A stretch of 64,000 nucleotides of DNA from contig CAWHBN010000001.1 of the NCBI GenBank assembly GCA_963827705.1, positions 41,973 through 105,972 on the forward strand, given 5' to 3'. Of the stretch, positions 1-8,393 are shown one piece after another (the stretch's first letter is position 1; each line of letters starts with the position of its first letter). The notes below the pieces were generated by a model that worked only from the letters and a program-made list of their open reading frames with translations, was not told where the DNA came from and made no database searches. The position numbers and the translations under genes are program-made. Source of the stretch: an uncultured Actinomycetes bacterium. GTDB taxonomy: Bacteria > Actinomycetota > Thermoleophilia > Gaiellales > Gaiellaceae.

Positions 1-646
1 TCATCGTCTCGAGGACCGTCGCCCGGATCATGCGGGTGTAGAGGGCCGCGTAGAGAAGGGCGAACGTCACCCAGGGGAGGACGAGCGAATGCGCCCAGTC
101 CACCGGCCCTCCGCACTCCGTCGCCGGATTGAAGAAGTCGCAATAGCCGCCCAGCGGCGTCAACCCGGCCTTGTAGCCAACGAAGTAGATGAGGATCAGG
201 CCGATCCAGACCGGGTGCGCCGAGATCCCGAGAAGCACGAACCCCATCGCGGTCCGGTCTAACAACGACCGTGGTTTCAGCGCCGAGAGGATCCCGATCG
301 GAAGCGCGACCAGCATCCAGAGGAGAACTCCGCCGATGATGATGCTCGCCGTGACCGGTGCGGCCTCCTTGATGATGTCCGTCACCGGCCGGCGCGACGC
401 GTACGACCGGCCGAGCGATTGGTGCACGACGATGTTCTTGAGGAAGTCGCCGTACTGGATGTACACCGGACGATCGAGCCCGACTTCCTTCCGGACGCGC
501 TCGACCTGGTCGGGCGGGCACTGCGCGCCGCAGATCAGGCGCGCGGGCTCGGCAGGCACCAGGAAGAAGATGATGTACGACACCATGGTGACGGCGACGA
601 ACAGCACGCCGGCCCAGAGCAGCCGTCTCACGAGATACCTGAACAT
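1..646 (-). CDS. ABC transporter permease, Dpp/Opp (peptide/nickel) type; 5' part only, gene runs off the left edge
   Basis: Not in the ORF track because there is no stop in the window. Reverse translation from ATG 646-644 gives MFRYLVRRLLWAGVLFVAVTMVSYIIFFLVPAEPAR...VYIQYGDFLKNIV...LPIGILSALKPRSLLDR. This is a typical DppB/OppB N-terminus with its first TM helices. Confidence 0.8.
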   Translation of the reverse strand, partial: MFRYLVRRLLWAGVLFVAVTMVSYIIFFLVPAEPARLICGAQCPPDQVERVRKEVGLDRPVYIQYGDFLKNIVVHQSLGRSYASRRPVTDIIKEAAPVTASIIIGGVLLWMLVALPIGILSALKPRSLLDRTAMGFVLLGISAHPVWIGLILIYFVGYKAGLTPLGGYCDFFNPATECGGPVDWAHSLVLPWVTFALLYAALYTRMIRATVLETM

Positions 647-685
647 CTCTCTCCAGACAGGTGAGACTCGGCACAAGGGTCAGGG

Positions 686-1936
686 TTGGAGGTGATAAGG
701 AGCGCTAATCGCCCTGTCGAGGACGCGAGCGTCCTCTTCGTCGGCGCCGGACGGCATCAGCGCCGCGCGCTCGTGCGCCTTCGAGAGCTGGGCGTGCGGG
801 TCGTCGCGGTCGACCGGAACTCCGAGGCCCCCGGCCTGGCAATCGCCGACGTCGGTGAGGTCGTCGATCTCCTCGACGTCCCTGCCGTCATCGAGGCCGG
901 GCGCCGGCACGGCGTCGACGGAGTGATGACGTACGCGGCGGATCGTGCGGTCCCGGTCGTCGCCGCCGTCGCCGAGGCACTCGACCTGCCGGGGATCGGG
1001 AGCGACACGGCACACCTGATGACGAACAAGATCGCGATGCGCCGCCAGCTCGCCGACGCCGGCGTCCCGCAGCCGCGCTTCGCCGCCGTCCGGACCTTGC
1101 ACGAGGCACGCGCCGCCGCAGGCGCTGTCGGGTTTCCCGCCGTACTCAAGCCCGCGGACTCGGCCGGCCAGCGCGGCCTCTTCCTGTGCGAGTCGATCGG
1201 CGATGTGGAGCGCCACCTGCACGCCTCGCTCGTACAGTCGACCGAGCAGGAGGCGATTCTCGAGAGCTACCACGGGGGTAAGGAGGTGAACGGCCTGCTC
1301 GTCGTGCTCGACGGCGAGCCCACGGTCGTGACGCTGTCCGACCGGCGCCGGCCGCCCGGCCGCGGCTTCGGGGTCGCGATCGCGCACGTCTATCCCTCGA
1401 CGCTCTTCGGAGACGCACTCGAGGAAGTCCGCCGAACCGGTGTCCATACGGTCAAGGCGCTCGGGCTCCGCGAGGGCGTGGCCTATCCGCAGGTGCTCTG
1501 GAGCGAGGACGGCGTCGCGCGGCTGATCGAGGTCGCGGCGCGCATCCCTGCAGGCCAGATGGACTCGGTGGCGCGCTACGGCGTCGGCGTCGACCTGATC
1601 GACATCGCGCTCCTCCAGGCGCTCGGTCGTCCGGTGCCTGATGAGATGGTCGCGGCGAAGATGGAGCAGCCGATGGCGATCTCGTTCCTCACGGCGGAGC
1701 CCGGGCCGCTTCCGACCGGCAAGCTCGTCCGCTTCAGCGGCCTCGAGCGGGTGCGCGCGTTCCCCGGCGTCGTCGAGGCGGAGCTCTACTTCCAGGACGG
1801 CGAGACGATCCGGCCCGTGCAGCTCGACGGCGACCGACGCGGCTACGTGATCGCCTTGGGCGGAACGAACCTCGAGGCTGTCGAGCGGGCCGAGTCTGCG
1901 GCGCGGCTGCTCGACGTCGAGGTCGAGGCGGCGTGA
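686..1936 (+). CDS. ATP-grasp domain protein (carboxylate-amine ligase type)
   Basis: 416-aa ORF. It has an N-terminal Rossmann-like VLFVGAG, then MTNKIAMRRQL...GFPAVLKPADSAGQRG...IEVAARIPAG. The start (TTG 686 or GTG 692) is uncertain. Confidence 0.8.
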   Translation: MEVIRSANRPVEDASVLFVGAGRHQRRALVRLRELGVRVVAVDRNSEAPGLAIADVGEVVDLLDVPAVIEAGRRHGVDGVMTYAADRAVPVVAAVAEALDLPGIGSDTAHLMTNKIAMRRQLADAGVPQPRFAAVRTLHEARAAAGAVGFPAVLKPADSAGQRGLFLCESIGDVERHLHASLVQSTEQEAILESYHGGKEVNGLLVVLDGEPTVVTLSDRRRPPGRGFGVAIAHVYPSTLFGDALEEVRRTGVHTVKALGLREGVAYPQVLWSEDGVARLIEVAARIPAGQMDSVARYGVGVDLIDIALLQALGRPVPDEMVAAKMEQPMAISFLTAEPGPLPTGKLVRFSGLERVRAFPGVVEAELYFQDGETIRPVQLDGDRRGYVIALGGTNLEAVERAESAARLLDVEVEAA

Positions 1937-2574
1937 GCTGCACGTTCTCCATGGCGCACTACCGCGAGCTGCTCGAGGCCGCCCACGAGGGCGGACACCG
2001 CTGGACGGCCTTCGGCCAGGAGCCGCAGCCGGGCGACCTCTTCCTGCGGCACGACGTCGACCTCTCGCTCGACGCGGCGATCGCGATGGCCGAGGTGGAG
2101 GCCGAGCTCGGCGCGCGGGCCACGTACTTCCTGATGACGCAGTCGGTCTTCTACAACCTCGGCTCGTCCGAGGGTCGCCGCGCGCTGAACCGGCTCCGCG
2201 AGCTCGAGCACGGAGTCGGGCTCCACGCCGTCTGGCCCAACGTCGAGCTCGACGACCGCTTCGACGCGGTGGTCGCATGGCACAACCCGGACGCCGACTA
2301 CATGTCGGAGCCGGTCGACGGCGCCGTCAACGTGATGCAGCGGCCGTTCTTCGACCCTGACCACTACCGCTCGGATTCGAACCAGCACTGGCAGCACGGC
2401 TGCCCGCACGAGGATCTCCGCCAGGGCAGGTTCGAGTGGCTCCAGCTCCTGATCCACCCGGAGATCTGGGTCTACCCGGGCGAGACGATGGGCGAGACGA
2501 TGACGGCGATGCTCGACGCGGAGCGCGACCGGCGCCGCGCCCTGCTCGCGGAAGACCGCATCGACCTCTCGTGA
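1933..2574 (+). CDS. Polysaccharide deacetylase-like protein (NodB-related family common in glycan loci)
   Basis: 213-aa ORF whose start overlaps the upstream stop by 4 nt. Motifs LRHDVDLSLDAAIAMAEVEAELGARATYF and HGVGLH resemble the RHDVD...YF...GHEIGLH pattern. Confidence 0.55.
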   Translation: MSCTFSMAHYRELLEAAHEGGHRWTAFGQEPQPGDLFLRHDVDLSLDAAIAMAEVEAELGARATYFLMTQSVFYNLGSSEGRRALNRLRELEHGVGLHAVWPNVELDDRFDAVVAWHNPDADYMSEPVDGAVNVMQRPFFDPDHYRSDSNQHWQHGCPHEDLRQGRFEWLQLLIHPEIWVYPGETMGETMTAMLDAERDRRRALLAEDRIDLS

Positions 2575-2587
2575 GCGCCCGATGCCA

Positions 2588-2604
2588 AGTAACAACTTGT
2601 TACT
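2588..2604. promoter_or_regulatory. AT-rich perfect palindrome AGTAACAA-C-TTGTTACT (candidate operator, copy 1)
   Basis: 8-bp arms around one central base. It sits inside a 22-nt direct repeat CAAGTAACAAC(T/G)TGTTACTAG that recurs 76 bp downstream, and it is a sharp low-GC island in 70% GC DNA. Confidence 0.5.
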
Positions 2605-2623
2605 AGCTCCTAGCCACGCCGAG

Positions 2624-2647
2624 ACCCGGCTCTCCGAGCGGGTTTTC
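2624..2647 (+). terminator. Candidate intrinsic terminator after the deacetylase-like gene
   Basis: ACCC(G)GCTC-tcc-GAGCGGGT forms an 8-bp stem with one bulged G, followed by TTTTC. Confidence 0.4.
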
Positions 2648-2663
2648 AACGCTCCGAGGGGCA

Positions 2664-2680
2664 AGTAACAACGTGTTACT
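2664..2680. promoter_or_regulatory. AT-rich palindrome AGTAACA-ACG-TGTTACT (candidate operator, copy 2), overlapping the wzx start codon
   Basis: 7-bp arms. This is the second copy of the 22-nt repeat, and the GTG start of the flippase ORF (2673) lies inside it. Confidence 0.5.
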
Positions 2681-4112
2681 AGGCCGACGGCTCGGCGAGC
2701 TCGCCCGCCACTCGGCGGTGTACGGGGCCGGATCGCTCGTCTCGCGGTTCATCGCGGTCCTGCTGCTGCCGATCTACACGCGCTACCTCTCCCCGGCGGA
2801 CTACGGGTTGATCGAGACCCTGATCGCGCTGTCGGCGGTCCTCACCGTGCTCCTCGCTGCCGGCGTGAAGAGCGCCTTCTTCCGCTTCTACTTCGACGAG
2901 GCCGACGAGGCCGGGAAGCGGCGCGTGATCCGCACGTCGTTCTGGTTCACGATGGCGATGGGCACGGCGGGGCTCGTCGCCGGCCTTGCGCTCGCGGGGC
3001 CGATCTCGCAGTTCCTGTTCGACACGGGCGACCACGCAAACCTCGTGCGGGCGTCGTTCGTCGGGCTCTGGGCGCACGTGAACTACGAGCAGATGACGTC
3101 GCTCTTCCGGGTCGAGCAGCGCTCGGTCTCCTACCTGATCGCGACGCTGATCAACCTCGGGCTGACCGTGGGGGCGACCCTGCTCCTCGTCGTCGTCTGG
3201 GATCAGGGCCCGATCGGCGTCATCGTCGGGAACTTCACCGGGACGCTCGCCGTCTACGCGGGGCTGCTCCTCTACCGGCGGTCGCAGCTCGGCTTCGAGT
3301 GGGATCGCCCGCTGCTGCGGGAGATGAATCGGTTCGGGATGCCGCTCGTCCCCTCGGCCTTGTTCCTCTGGGTACTGAACTTCAGCGACCGGTTCTTCCT
3401 GGTCCGGATTGCGGGACCGCGCGAGGTCGGCCTCTACTCGATCGGCGTGCGGATCGCCTCGGCGATCATCCTGCTCCTCGCGGCCTTTCGCACGGCGTGG
3501 CCGGCCTTCGCCTACTCGATCGAGGACGACCGCGAGGCGGCGCGGACATACGCGTTCGTCCTCACATACCTCGTGGCGCTCACGTCGTGGATGGCGCTCG
3601 CGCTGGGTGTGCTGGCGCCATGGCTCGTGCAGCTGCTGACGACGGAGGCGTTCTACTCGGCCGAGCGCGTCGTGGCCCCGCTCGCGTTCGCCGCGGCCGT
3701 GTTCGGGGCCTACATCGTCGTTGTCATCGGGATCGGGCGAGCGCGGCGCACCCGGTCGAACTGGATCATCTCGGGCGTCGCCGCCGCCCTGAACGTCGTC
3801 CTCAATCTGACGCTGATCCCGGAGTTCGGAATGATGGGTGCCGCAGCCGCCACCGTCGGTGCGTACGCGACGCTCTTCCTCGGCATGGCGTGGAAGGCGC
3901 AGCAGGTGTTTCCGGTGCCGTACCAGTGGCGGCGAGTCGCGACAGCGTTCGGAACCGCGATCGCGTTGTGCGTCATCGGCCGTGCGCTGGATGTCCCGTT
4001 GGGCGCGGCGATCGCGCTCGTCGCCGTCTATCCGTTCGTGCTCTGGCCGCTCGGCTTCTACCTTCCGGAAGAGCTCAGACGGCTCCGCGTCATTACGATG
4101 CCGACCCGATGA
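2673..4112 (+). CDS. Oligosaccharide/polysaccharide flippase (Wzx, MOP superfamily)
   Basis: 479-aa polytopic membrane ORF. The N-terminus HSAVYGAGSLVSRFIAVLLLPIYTRYLSPADYG is the classic Wzx signature. Confidence 0.85.
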   Translation: MLLGRRLGELARHSAVYGAGSLVSRFIAVLLLPIYTRYLSPADYGLIETLIALSAVLTVLLAAGVKSAFFRFYFDEADEAGKRRVIRTSFWFTMAMGTAGLVAGLALAGPISQFLFDTGDHANLVRASFVGLWAHVNYEQMTSLFRVEQRSVSYLIATLINLGLTVGATLLLVVVWDQGPIGVIVGNFTGTLAVYAGLLLYRRSQLGFEWDRPLLREMNRFGMPLVPSALFLWVLNFSDRFFLVRIAGPREVGLYSIGVRIASAIILLLAAFRTAWPAFAYSIEDDREAARTYAFVLTYLVALTSWMALALGVLAPWLVQLLTTEAFYSAERVVAPLAFAAAVFGAYIVVVIGIGRARRTRSNWIISGVAAALNVVLNLTLIPEFGMMGAAAATVGAYATLFLGMAWKAQQVFPVPYQWRRVATAFGTAIALCVIGRALDVPLGAAIALVAVYPFVLWPLGFYLPEELRRLRVITMPTR

Positions 4113-4798
4113 GCGCCGTCGAAGACACGACACCCGCAGACGAAGTCCGCGAGTCCGGGCTCGTCGAGCACCTCGAGGAGCAGGCGGCCCACTTCTGGGA
4201 TGTCGTCCAGGGCGAGACACAGCGCGGCCACCGCTACAACACGGGCCGGGTCACCGGGCGCGACGGCTACGACGAGGGGCTTCGCCTCTACCGGCTCGTA
4301 CGTGAGATGAAGCCGATGGTCGCCGTCGAGACCGGGGTCTGCAATGGAGTCTCGACCGCGTTCCTCCTCCTGGCGCTCGAGCGGAACGGCACCGGCGAGC
4401 TGCACTCGATCGACCTGCCTGAGGTCGCCGGCGAGGAGTACGAGCCGGGCACCTTCTGGGACGGGAAGGGCGGCGCGGTCATCCCACCCGGCCGCGATCC
4501 GGGCTGGATGGTTCCCGACGATCTTCGGAGCCGGTGGAAGCTCGTGCTCGGCAAGAGTCAGGACGAGCTGCCGCCGCTGCTCGACCGGGTCGGCTCGATC
4601 GACTTCTTCATGCACGACAGTGAGCACTCGTACGAGTGCATGTCGTTCGAGTTCGACCATGCCTGGGAAGCGCTGAACGACGGCGGCGCGCTCGTAGCGG
4701 ACGACGTGAACGTCAACAGCGCCTGGGACGAGTTCACCCAGCGAGTCGGTCGCCGGTCGCAGCCGCTCGGGCCGAAGCTGTCGCTGATCGTGAAGTGA
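4109..4798 (+). CDS. Class I SAM-dependent methyltransferase (Methyltransf_24-like)
   Basis: ATG 4109 overlaps the wzx stop (ATGA). The sequence MSAVEDTT...MVAVETGVCNGVSTAFLLLAL...FFMHDSEHSYE has a SAM-binding glycine motif. The longer ORF 3299..4798 is an out-of-gene extension. Confidence 0.8.
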   Translation: MSAVEDTTPADEVRESGLVEHLEEQAAHFWDVVQGETQRGHRYNTGRVTGRDGYDEGLRLYRLVREMKPMVAVETGVCNGVSTAFLLLALERNGTGELHSIDLPEVAGEEYEPGTFWDGKGGAVIPPGRDPGWMVPDDLRSRWKLVLGKSQDELPPLLDRVGSIDFFMHDSEHSYECMSFEFDHAWEALNDGGALVADDVNVNSAWDEFTQRVGRRSQPLGPKLSLIVK

Positions 4799-5826
4799 CG
4801 ACGATCCTGGTCTCGGCGGCGGGGGCCCCTGGGACCGCCGCGCTCGTCAACGCGCTGCGGAAGAACGGCGAGAGCGAAGTCCGCGTGGTCGGAACGGACA
4901 TGGCCGACCGCTCTGTCGGCCGCCACATCGCCGACGCCTTCCACCTCGTGCCTTCCGGGTCGGATCCAGGTTTCGCCGACGCGATGCTGGACGTCGTCGA
5001 GCGGGAGAGCGTCGACGCCATCCTTCCGCAGTCCTCGTTCGACCTGCTCGGCCTCGCCGAGGCGAAGTCCCGGTTCGAGGGCGTCGCGGTCATGGTCTCG
5101 TCGCCGGAGGCGATCCGCCGCTCGAACGACAAGGCGGAGAGCTACGCGCTCCTGGACGAGATCGGCGTGCCCGGTCCGCGCTGGCGCCGAGTCGTCGGCG
5201 GCGATGCGGTCGCGGAGGCCGCCCGTGAGCTCGGCTATCCCGGCGAGAACGTCGCGATCAAGCCGGCCTTCTCCTCCGGTTCCCGGGGGTTCCGGATCCT
5301 CTCCGCCGGTGCCGACCGGCGCGAGCAGCTGCTGAAGAACCGGCCCGGCGTCGCCGAGGCGCTGCGCCTCGAGGAGCTGGTCGAGCTCCTAGGCGACGAC
5401 GAGACGCCGTTGCTCGTGATGGAGCTCGCCTCCGGCCTCGAACGGACGATCGACGGGATCGCGGAAGGCGGCCGCATCCTCCTCGGCCACCCGAAGACGC
5501 GCGAGTCGATGCGCGCCGGCCTGGCCATGTACTTCGCGACCCTCGACGAGCCCTGGCTGATGGAGATCTCGGCCACGATCGTGGAGGCGCTCTCCATCGA
5601 CCACTTCTTCAACATCCAGCTCGTCGGCGACAAGGTGATCGAAGTCAACCCGCGGATCTCGACGATCGTCTACCAGGAGGACCTCAACCTCCCCTGGCTC
5701 GGCGTGAAGCACGCACTCGGGGAGATCTCGGCGGAAGAGCTCGCCGGGTACCAGGCGCGCATCCGGTCCACGCGCCGCGCGCTGCGCTACTTCGACCAGG
5801 TCGAGTGGGACGAGCCCTCCGCGTAG
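4795..5826 (+). CDS. ATP-grasp domain protein (second, PylC/CarB-like)
   Basis: GTG 4795 overlaps the upstream stop (GTGA). Sequence: VTTILVSAAGAPG...NDKAESYALLDEIGVP...VAIKPAFSSGSRGF...IEVNPRIS. Confidence 0.8.
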   Translation: MTTILVSAAGAPGTAALVNALRKNGESEVRVVGTDMADRSVGRHIADAFHLVPSGSDPGFADAMLDVVERESVDAILPQSSFDLLGLAEAKSRFEGVAVMVSSPEAIRRSNDKAESYALLDEIGVPGPRWRRVVGGDAVAEAARELGYPGENVAIKPAFSSGSRGFRILSAGADRREQLLKNRPGVAEALRLEELVELLGDDETPLLVMELASGLERTIDGIAEGGRILLGHPKTRESMRAGLAMYFATLDEPWLMEISATIVEALSIDHFFNIQLVGDKVIEVNPRISTIVYQEDLNLPWLGVKHALGEISAEELAGYQARIRSTRRALRYFDQVEWDEPSA

Positions 5827-6743
5827 TCCACACGCCGCTGAACGTGGCGGGGATCCCGTGGACGAACGTGGAGGCGCTCCGGCGCAAGGGTGTGGACGCG
5901 CAGCTCGTCGTCGTCGAGCGGCAGAAGCTCCACCCGGAGGCGGACCGATCGCTCGACCGGCCCGCCGGTTTCTGGGGACGGCAGGCTGTCCAGTGGCCGG
6001 CGTTCCTTCGCCTCTTGCCGAAGACCGATGTCTTCCACTTCTACTTCGGGTGGACACTCGTGCCGCGGAAGGCGACCTGGCCGATCCTGAAGGCGACGCG
6101 CAGGAAGTCGGTGCTCCACTTCCTCGGCTCGGACATCCGCGGCAAGACGCCCGACGAGCTCCGGTACGCGGGCGGCGCCGATGCGCGCATCGTCGGTTCG
6201 TACGATGCACTGCGCTGGGTGCCCGACGCCGAGGTGGTCCCGCCCGGCCTCGACCTGCGCGAGTACGAAGCGCCGCAGCCTGAGGAGCGCACGCGCCCGA
6301 TCGTCCTGCACGCGCCGTCGAGCCGGCGCCGAAAGGGCACCGAGCACGTGGTCGAAGCATGCGAGGGCCTCGACGTCGAGCTGGACATCGTCGAGGGCCT
6401 GCGCCACGACGAGGCCCGTCGGCGGTACGAGCGCGCCGACATCGTCGTCGACCAGCTCAACGCCGGCTGGTACGGGATCTTCGCGCTCGAGGCGATGGCG
6501 CTCAGCAAGCCGGTGCTGAGCTACCTGCGGCCCGAGGCCGTGCAGGAGACCGAGCGCGAGCTCGGCGTCCCAGTGCCGATCGTCCGCGTGACGACGAAGA
6601 CGCTTCGCGAGCGGATTGCGGAGCTGGCGGCGTCCCTTGAGGAACGGCAGCGGATCGGCGCGCTGTCCCGCGCCTACGTCGAGCGTGTCCACGACGCGGA
6701 CAAAGGCGCCGATCGCCTGCTCGAGGTCTACCGCTCGCTGTAG
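5805..6743 (+). CDS. Glycosyltransferase, GT-B fold (GT4-like)
   Basis: 312-aa ORF. The C-terminal half HAPSSRRRKGTEHVVEA...DIVVDQLNAGWYGIFALEAMALSKPVLSY matches the GT4 EX7E-type region. Confidence 0.7.
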   Translation: MGRALRVVHTPLNVAGIPWTNVEALRRKGVDAQLVVVERQKLHPEADRSLDRPAGFWGRQAVQWPAFLRLLPKTDVFHFYFGWTLVPRKATWPILKATRRKSVLHFLGSDIRGKTPDELRYAGGADARIVGSYDALRWVPDAEVVPPGLDLREYEAPQPEERTRPIVLHAPSSRRRKGTEHVVEACEGLDVELDIVEGLRHDEARRRYERADIVVDQLNAGWYGIFALEAMALSKPVLSYLRPEAVQETERELGVPVPIVRVTTKTLRERIAELAASLEERQRIGALSRAYVERVHDADKGADRLLEVYRSL

Positions 6744-6783
6744 GAGGGCTTGGCGCAAAAGCGGCTTGTGCCGCCAGGCCCTC

Positions 6784-8289
6784 CTAGCGCCGGTAGACGA
6801 TCGTGCGACTGATGCCGGCGAGGTAGCCCGGGCCGGCCTGGTTCACGCTCATCACGATTCGGAGCCGGGACCTGCCTCTCCTGAGTTTCACGCGAAAGGT
6901 CGCAGCCGAGCGGTTCTTCAGCCGAACTCGCTTCACCGTCACCCAACGGCCGCCCGCCGTCAGGCGCTGGAGCTTCACGCGACGGCCGCGGAACGAGCGC
7001 GCCGCGATCACCCGCGTGGAGAAGCGAGCCGTTCCGATCCGCCGGAACCTCACTCTCGGCCGAACGCCGATCGCGACCCCACGGCTCGTCAAGCCGTTCC
7101 AACTGGCGATGTAGGAGGTGAGGATCGGCGGCCTCGCAAGGTACTGCCACACTCCGCCGGCGGCGGTCACGAGCGTCGCAACCGACGTGGGAGAGCCTCT
7201 GCCGAACACCTCGGCGAACAAGGTCACCGTCTCGCCCGCCTTTCCGCTCGGCACGCGGCCCGAGAGCATGACGGCACGGCCGTAGACAACTATCTGTGAC
7301 CGCACCGCAAGCGTCATCCCGGCTGTCGTGAACGTCGCATTCGCCCCTCGCCTCGTCCCCGCAGAGTTCATCGCGACGAGCCGGTAGTGGTAGGTGGTCG
7401 CCGCACGGAGTCGTGTGAGTGCGACCGAGACATTCCCGGGCCTCGTGCCTTTGCCGGCGCTCCGAGTAGTGGTCTTGGCGCCGTAGCGCGTGCTCGTCCC
7501 ATACTCGAAGTACCAGTTCGTCGCCAGCCCGTTGGCGGTGACCTTTCCGTTGAGCCTCGCCGAGCTATGCGTGAGCGTTGACGCAGGCGCCGTGACCACT
7601 GTTGGTGGACCGAAGGTCGAGAATGTGCGGTCCGCCCCGCGGCTCGTGCCTGCGTCGCTCGTCGCGACGAGCCGATAGTGGTAAAGCCGTCCCGGCCTCA
7701 GGCGCGAAACCGCGGCCGCGACGCCGGTCGCCGTCGTTCCCGAGCCGGCGCTTTGCGCGGGCGTCCTCGAGCCGTAGCCCGTGCTCGTGCCGTACTGGAA
7801 GTGCCAGGTCGTCGCGCGGCCGTTCGGGTCGACCGTTCCATTGAAGGTCGCGGAGCTGACGGTGACGCTCGTCGAGGAGCCGGTAACCGCACTCGGCGCT
7901 GACGGAGTGGTGAAAATCCCGTCGCCACCTCGCGTCATGCCGCCGCCGTTCGCTGCGACCAGCCGGTAGTGGTAGGTCGTGCCCGGCGAGAGAGCCGTGA
8001 GTGCTCCGGAAACCTGGACGTTGGCAGTTCCGGAGCCGGCGCTCCTGGACGAGGTCTTCTTGCCGTAAGTCGTGCTCGTGCCGTACTCGAAGTACCAGCT
8101 CGTCGACTGGCCGTTGGGGTTCACCGTTCCACTCGCCGTCGCGGAGGTCGGGCCTACCGCGCTCATCGGGCCTGTGATGGCCGTCGGCGCGGCGAGTACG
8201 GCGGCCACCCCGGCACCGGTCGTCAGAAGCACGAGGCCGGCCAGAAGGAGGGTTGCCCCGAGACACCTGCTCGGACGTCGCGTCCTCAT
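6784..8289 (-). CDS. Secreted protein with three tandem 97-aa Ig/FN3-like repeats and a C-terminal beta-rich domain
   Basis: Signal peptide MRTRRPSRCLGATLLLAGLVLLTTGAGVAAVLAAPTA. It is followed by three copies of the pattern NPNG..T.W.FEYGTST.YG..T...SAG.G....V...L..L.PGT.YHYRLVA.N..G...G....F.T. Confidence 0.8.
   Translation of the reverse strand: MRTRRPSRCLGATLLLAGLVLLTTGAGVAAVLAAPTAITGPMSAVGPTSATASGTVNPNGQSTSWYFEYGTSTTYGKKTSSRSAGSGTANVQVSGALTALSPGTTYHYRLVAANGGGMTRGGDGIFTTPSAPSAVTGSSTSVTVSSATFNGTVDPNGRATTWHFQYGTSTGYGSRTPAQSAGSGTTATGVAAAVSRLRPGRLYHYRLVATSDAGTSRGADRTFSTFGPPTVVTAPASTLTHSSARLNGKVTANGLATNWYFEYGTSTRYGAKTTTRSAGKGTRPGNVSVALTRLRAATTYHYRLVAMNSAGTRRGANATFTTAGMTLAVRSQIVVYGRAVMLSGRVPSGKAGETVTLFAEVFGRGSPTSVATLVTAAGGVWQYLARPPILTSYIASWNGLTSRGVAIGVRPRVRFRRIGTARFSTRVIAARSFRGRRVKLQRLTAGGRWVTVKRVRLKNRSAATFRVKLRRGRSRLRIVMSVNQAGPGYLAGISRTIVYRR
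7306..8178 (-). repeat. Three coding tandem repeats, period 291 bp
   Basis: Antisense ORFs starting MLVPY(S/W)KYQ recur at 7490, 7781 and 8072, exactly 291 bp apart. The protein repeats are listed in the CDS entry above. Confidence 0.75.
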
Positions 8290-8393
8290 TGCCCGAGTGC
8301 GTCATAACCAAGTGCTGTTAGCAAGGTGCTAGGAAAACGGAAGGATTCTGCTTTGGCCGGGGGGCGAGCCCCAGGCCCGCCCCCCGACCTGTC

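Noticed and set aside
697-712. GCGCTAATCGCC half-site resembling the sulfur-operon palindrome, near the first ATP-grasp start
   Set aside because: Only one arm is present (no ATTAGC partner at N7), so the resemblance is probably chance.
680-2278. 532-aa ORF antisense to the ATP-grasp and deacetylase-like genes. The same type of long antisense ORF occurs at 2679-4220, 21418-23775, 36326-38164, 38122-40722, 44979-47852 and 62349-63989.
   Set aside because: The translations are Arg/Pro/Gly/Asp-rich and low-complexity with no recognisable motifs. The opposite strand encodes clear family members in each case. This is the typical stop-codon-poor shadow ORF of 70% GC DNA.
7306-8178. Possible CRISPR or satellite array because of regular spacing
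   Set aside because: The period is 291 bp, in frame, and encodes diverged protein modules. There are no short identical repeats with unique spacers anywhere in the window.
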